Positions 31,335 through 32,000 of a stretch of 32,000 nt of DNA are shown here, in pieces; within the stretch, counting starts at the first letter, position 1; each line of letters opens with the position of its first letter. Location of the stretch: contig JACPWU010000058.1 in assembly GCA_016196885.1 (NCBI GenBank), positions 94 to 32,093 of the forward strand. Reading direction: 5' to 3'. The notes beneath the pieces are model-generated. The model saw only the letters and a program-made list of their open reading frames with translations, had not been told where the DNA came from and ran no database searches. Position numbers and translations under genes: made by a program. The DNA comes from Chlamydiota bacterium. GTDB taxonomy: Bacteria > Auribacterota > JACPWU01.

Positions 31335-31829
31335 ATGGGTTGTTCCAGCACCATGAAAATTCCTAAAAAGCAAAGATCCATTCTATATATCAGCTTAATC
31401 ATTCTTTTTTTGTCCGGAGCGATTTGGTGGGGTGCCAACTTTTTGATAAAACCTGAAACAGAAATAGATAGCTTTATTTATACCTCTCGTTCCCTCAGTC
31501 TGGAAATTCATGGGGGAGTGGCGATGGTGGTTTTAATGGTTTTAGGATCTCTTATCCCAAATCATATTCTAAAATCATGGAGGGCCAAGTTAAATAGGAG
31601 AAGCGGGGTTCTTCTCATCACTGTTTTTGTCCTTCTCATTCTAACGGGATATTTTCTCTACTATGCAGATGAAAATTTAAGAAATTTTTCAAGCACCCTT
31701 CATCTTGTTCTGGGATTTCTTTTGCCTTTTTTTGTGATAGGTCATATTTTGAGAAGTCGCGCTTTTCGGCGTAAGGAGAATAAGAGGAGGGTCGGTCGTG
31801 TTAAAATACAAGAACGAGCTGTCTTATGA
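31335..31829 (+). CDS. 4-TM membrane protein with four intramembrane His (possible di-heme cytochrome b-like, DUF4405-like)
   Basis: 164 aa with four hydrophobic helices. His residues sit at both ends of TM2 (EIHGG...IPNH) and TM4 (LHLVLG...VIGH). The start may be the ATG at 31353. Confidence 0.55.
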   Translation: MGCSSTMKIPKKQRSILYISLIILFLSGAIWWGANFLIKPETEIDSFIYTSRSLSLEIHGGVAMVVLMVLGSLIPNHILKSWRAKLNRRSGVLLITVFVLLILTGYFLYYADENLRNFSSTLHLVLGFLLPFFVIGHILRSRAFRRKENKRRVGRVKIQERAVL

Positions 31830-31875
31830 AAATGGAACGGGTCTGGATCGTATATTTAGAAGTGTGTCCTTTTAA

Positions 31876-31965
31876 GAGGAGGCGGGTCCTGTCCCTCCTC
31901 ACCCAGCAAGGTAGGTTTTTCTGCCGGTGGCAGAAAAACCTTCCGCGGTAGTAAATGTTATTTTT
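31876..31965. repeat. structured intergenic repeat, second copy of the family seen at 13101-13170
   Basis: GAGGAGG (31876-31882) / CCTCCTC (31894-31900). Perfect hairpin GTTTTTCTGCC-GGT-GGCAGAAAAAC (about 31915-31939). 31898-31965 aligns with 13101-13170 at roughly three-quarters identity by eye. Confidence 0.45.
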
Positions 31966-32000
31966 CGTTTATCAACTGACGGCACAGAGGTTATAGCCCC

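Noticed and set aside
31826-31954. 42-aa ORF (MKMERVWIVYLEVCPFKRRRVLSLLTQQGRFFCRWQKNLPR) overlapping the stop of the 4-TM gene
   Set aside because: More than half of it is the translation of the 31876-31965 repeat. It is below the usual size threshold and has no RBS.

Overview
Bacterial chromosomal window, moderately AT-rich by eye. About 31 genes lie on the + strand and one on the - strand, and many are joined by 1-4 nt start/stop overlaps (ATGA, GTGA, TTGA). I recognise no tRNA, rRNA, CRISPR array, transposase or integrase.

Gene content, left to right:
- thrB and rpsU, then a flippase-like (LPG-synthase-TM family) membrane protein.
- A dTDP-sugar block (rmlA-like, rmlB, rmlD, with no rmlC), followed by a Trm112-like gene and an MFS transporter.
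- A lone minus-strand deoxyhypusine-synthase homolog.
- A large ABC-transporter-dependent surface-glycan locus: wzm and wzt (wzt carries a C-terminal extension), a 698-aa multi-module glycosyltransferase, one GT2, three translationally coupled GT4s, a WecA-like initiating transferase, and an O-antigen-ligase-like protein with TPR repeats.
- aroQ, coupled to a small PGPGW-like membrane protein and to a sulfotransferase with a coiled-coil tail.
- A bacterial eRF1/Pelota-like protein whose GGQ position reads GGW.
- A two-subunit 2-oxoacid:ferredoxin oxidoreductase (korAB) bracketed by two CBS-domain proteins.
- A stand-alone AAA_14/DUF4143 ATPase with a visible D...ExK nuclease motif.
- A Fur-family regulator.
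- An operon encoding a His-rich outer-membrane-like protein, a secreted FMN-binding protein, the ApbE flavin transferase and a 4-TM, 4-His membrane protein.

Most interesting candidates:
1. The Fur-family regulator shares one 21-bp palindrome, found at its own promoter and directly upstream of the OMP/FMN-bind/ApbE/cytochrome-b-like operon. This suggests a metal-controlled trans-envelope flavin redox module.
2. The GGW eRF1-like protein sits behind a structured, terminator-containing leader.
3. The sulfotransferase with a coiled-coil tail may cap glycan chains for the Wzt C-terminal domain.
4. Several families of structured intergenic repeats sit exactly at gene boundaries.

Taxonomy cannot be established from the sequence. 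The repeat types and gene content fit an uncultivated, probably anaerobic or microaerophilic diderm lineage, but that is a guess.
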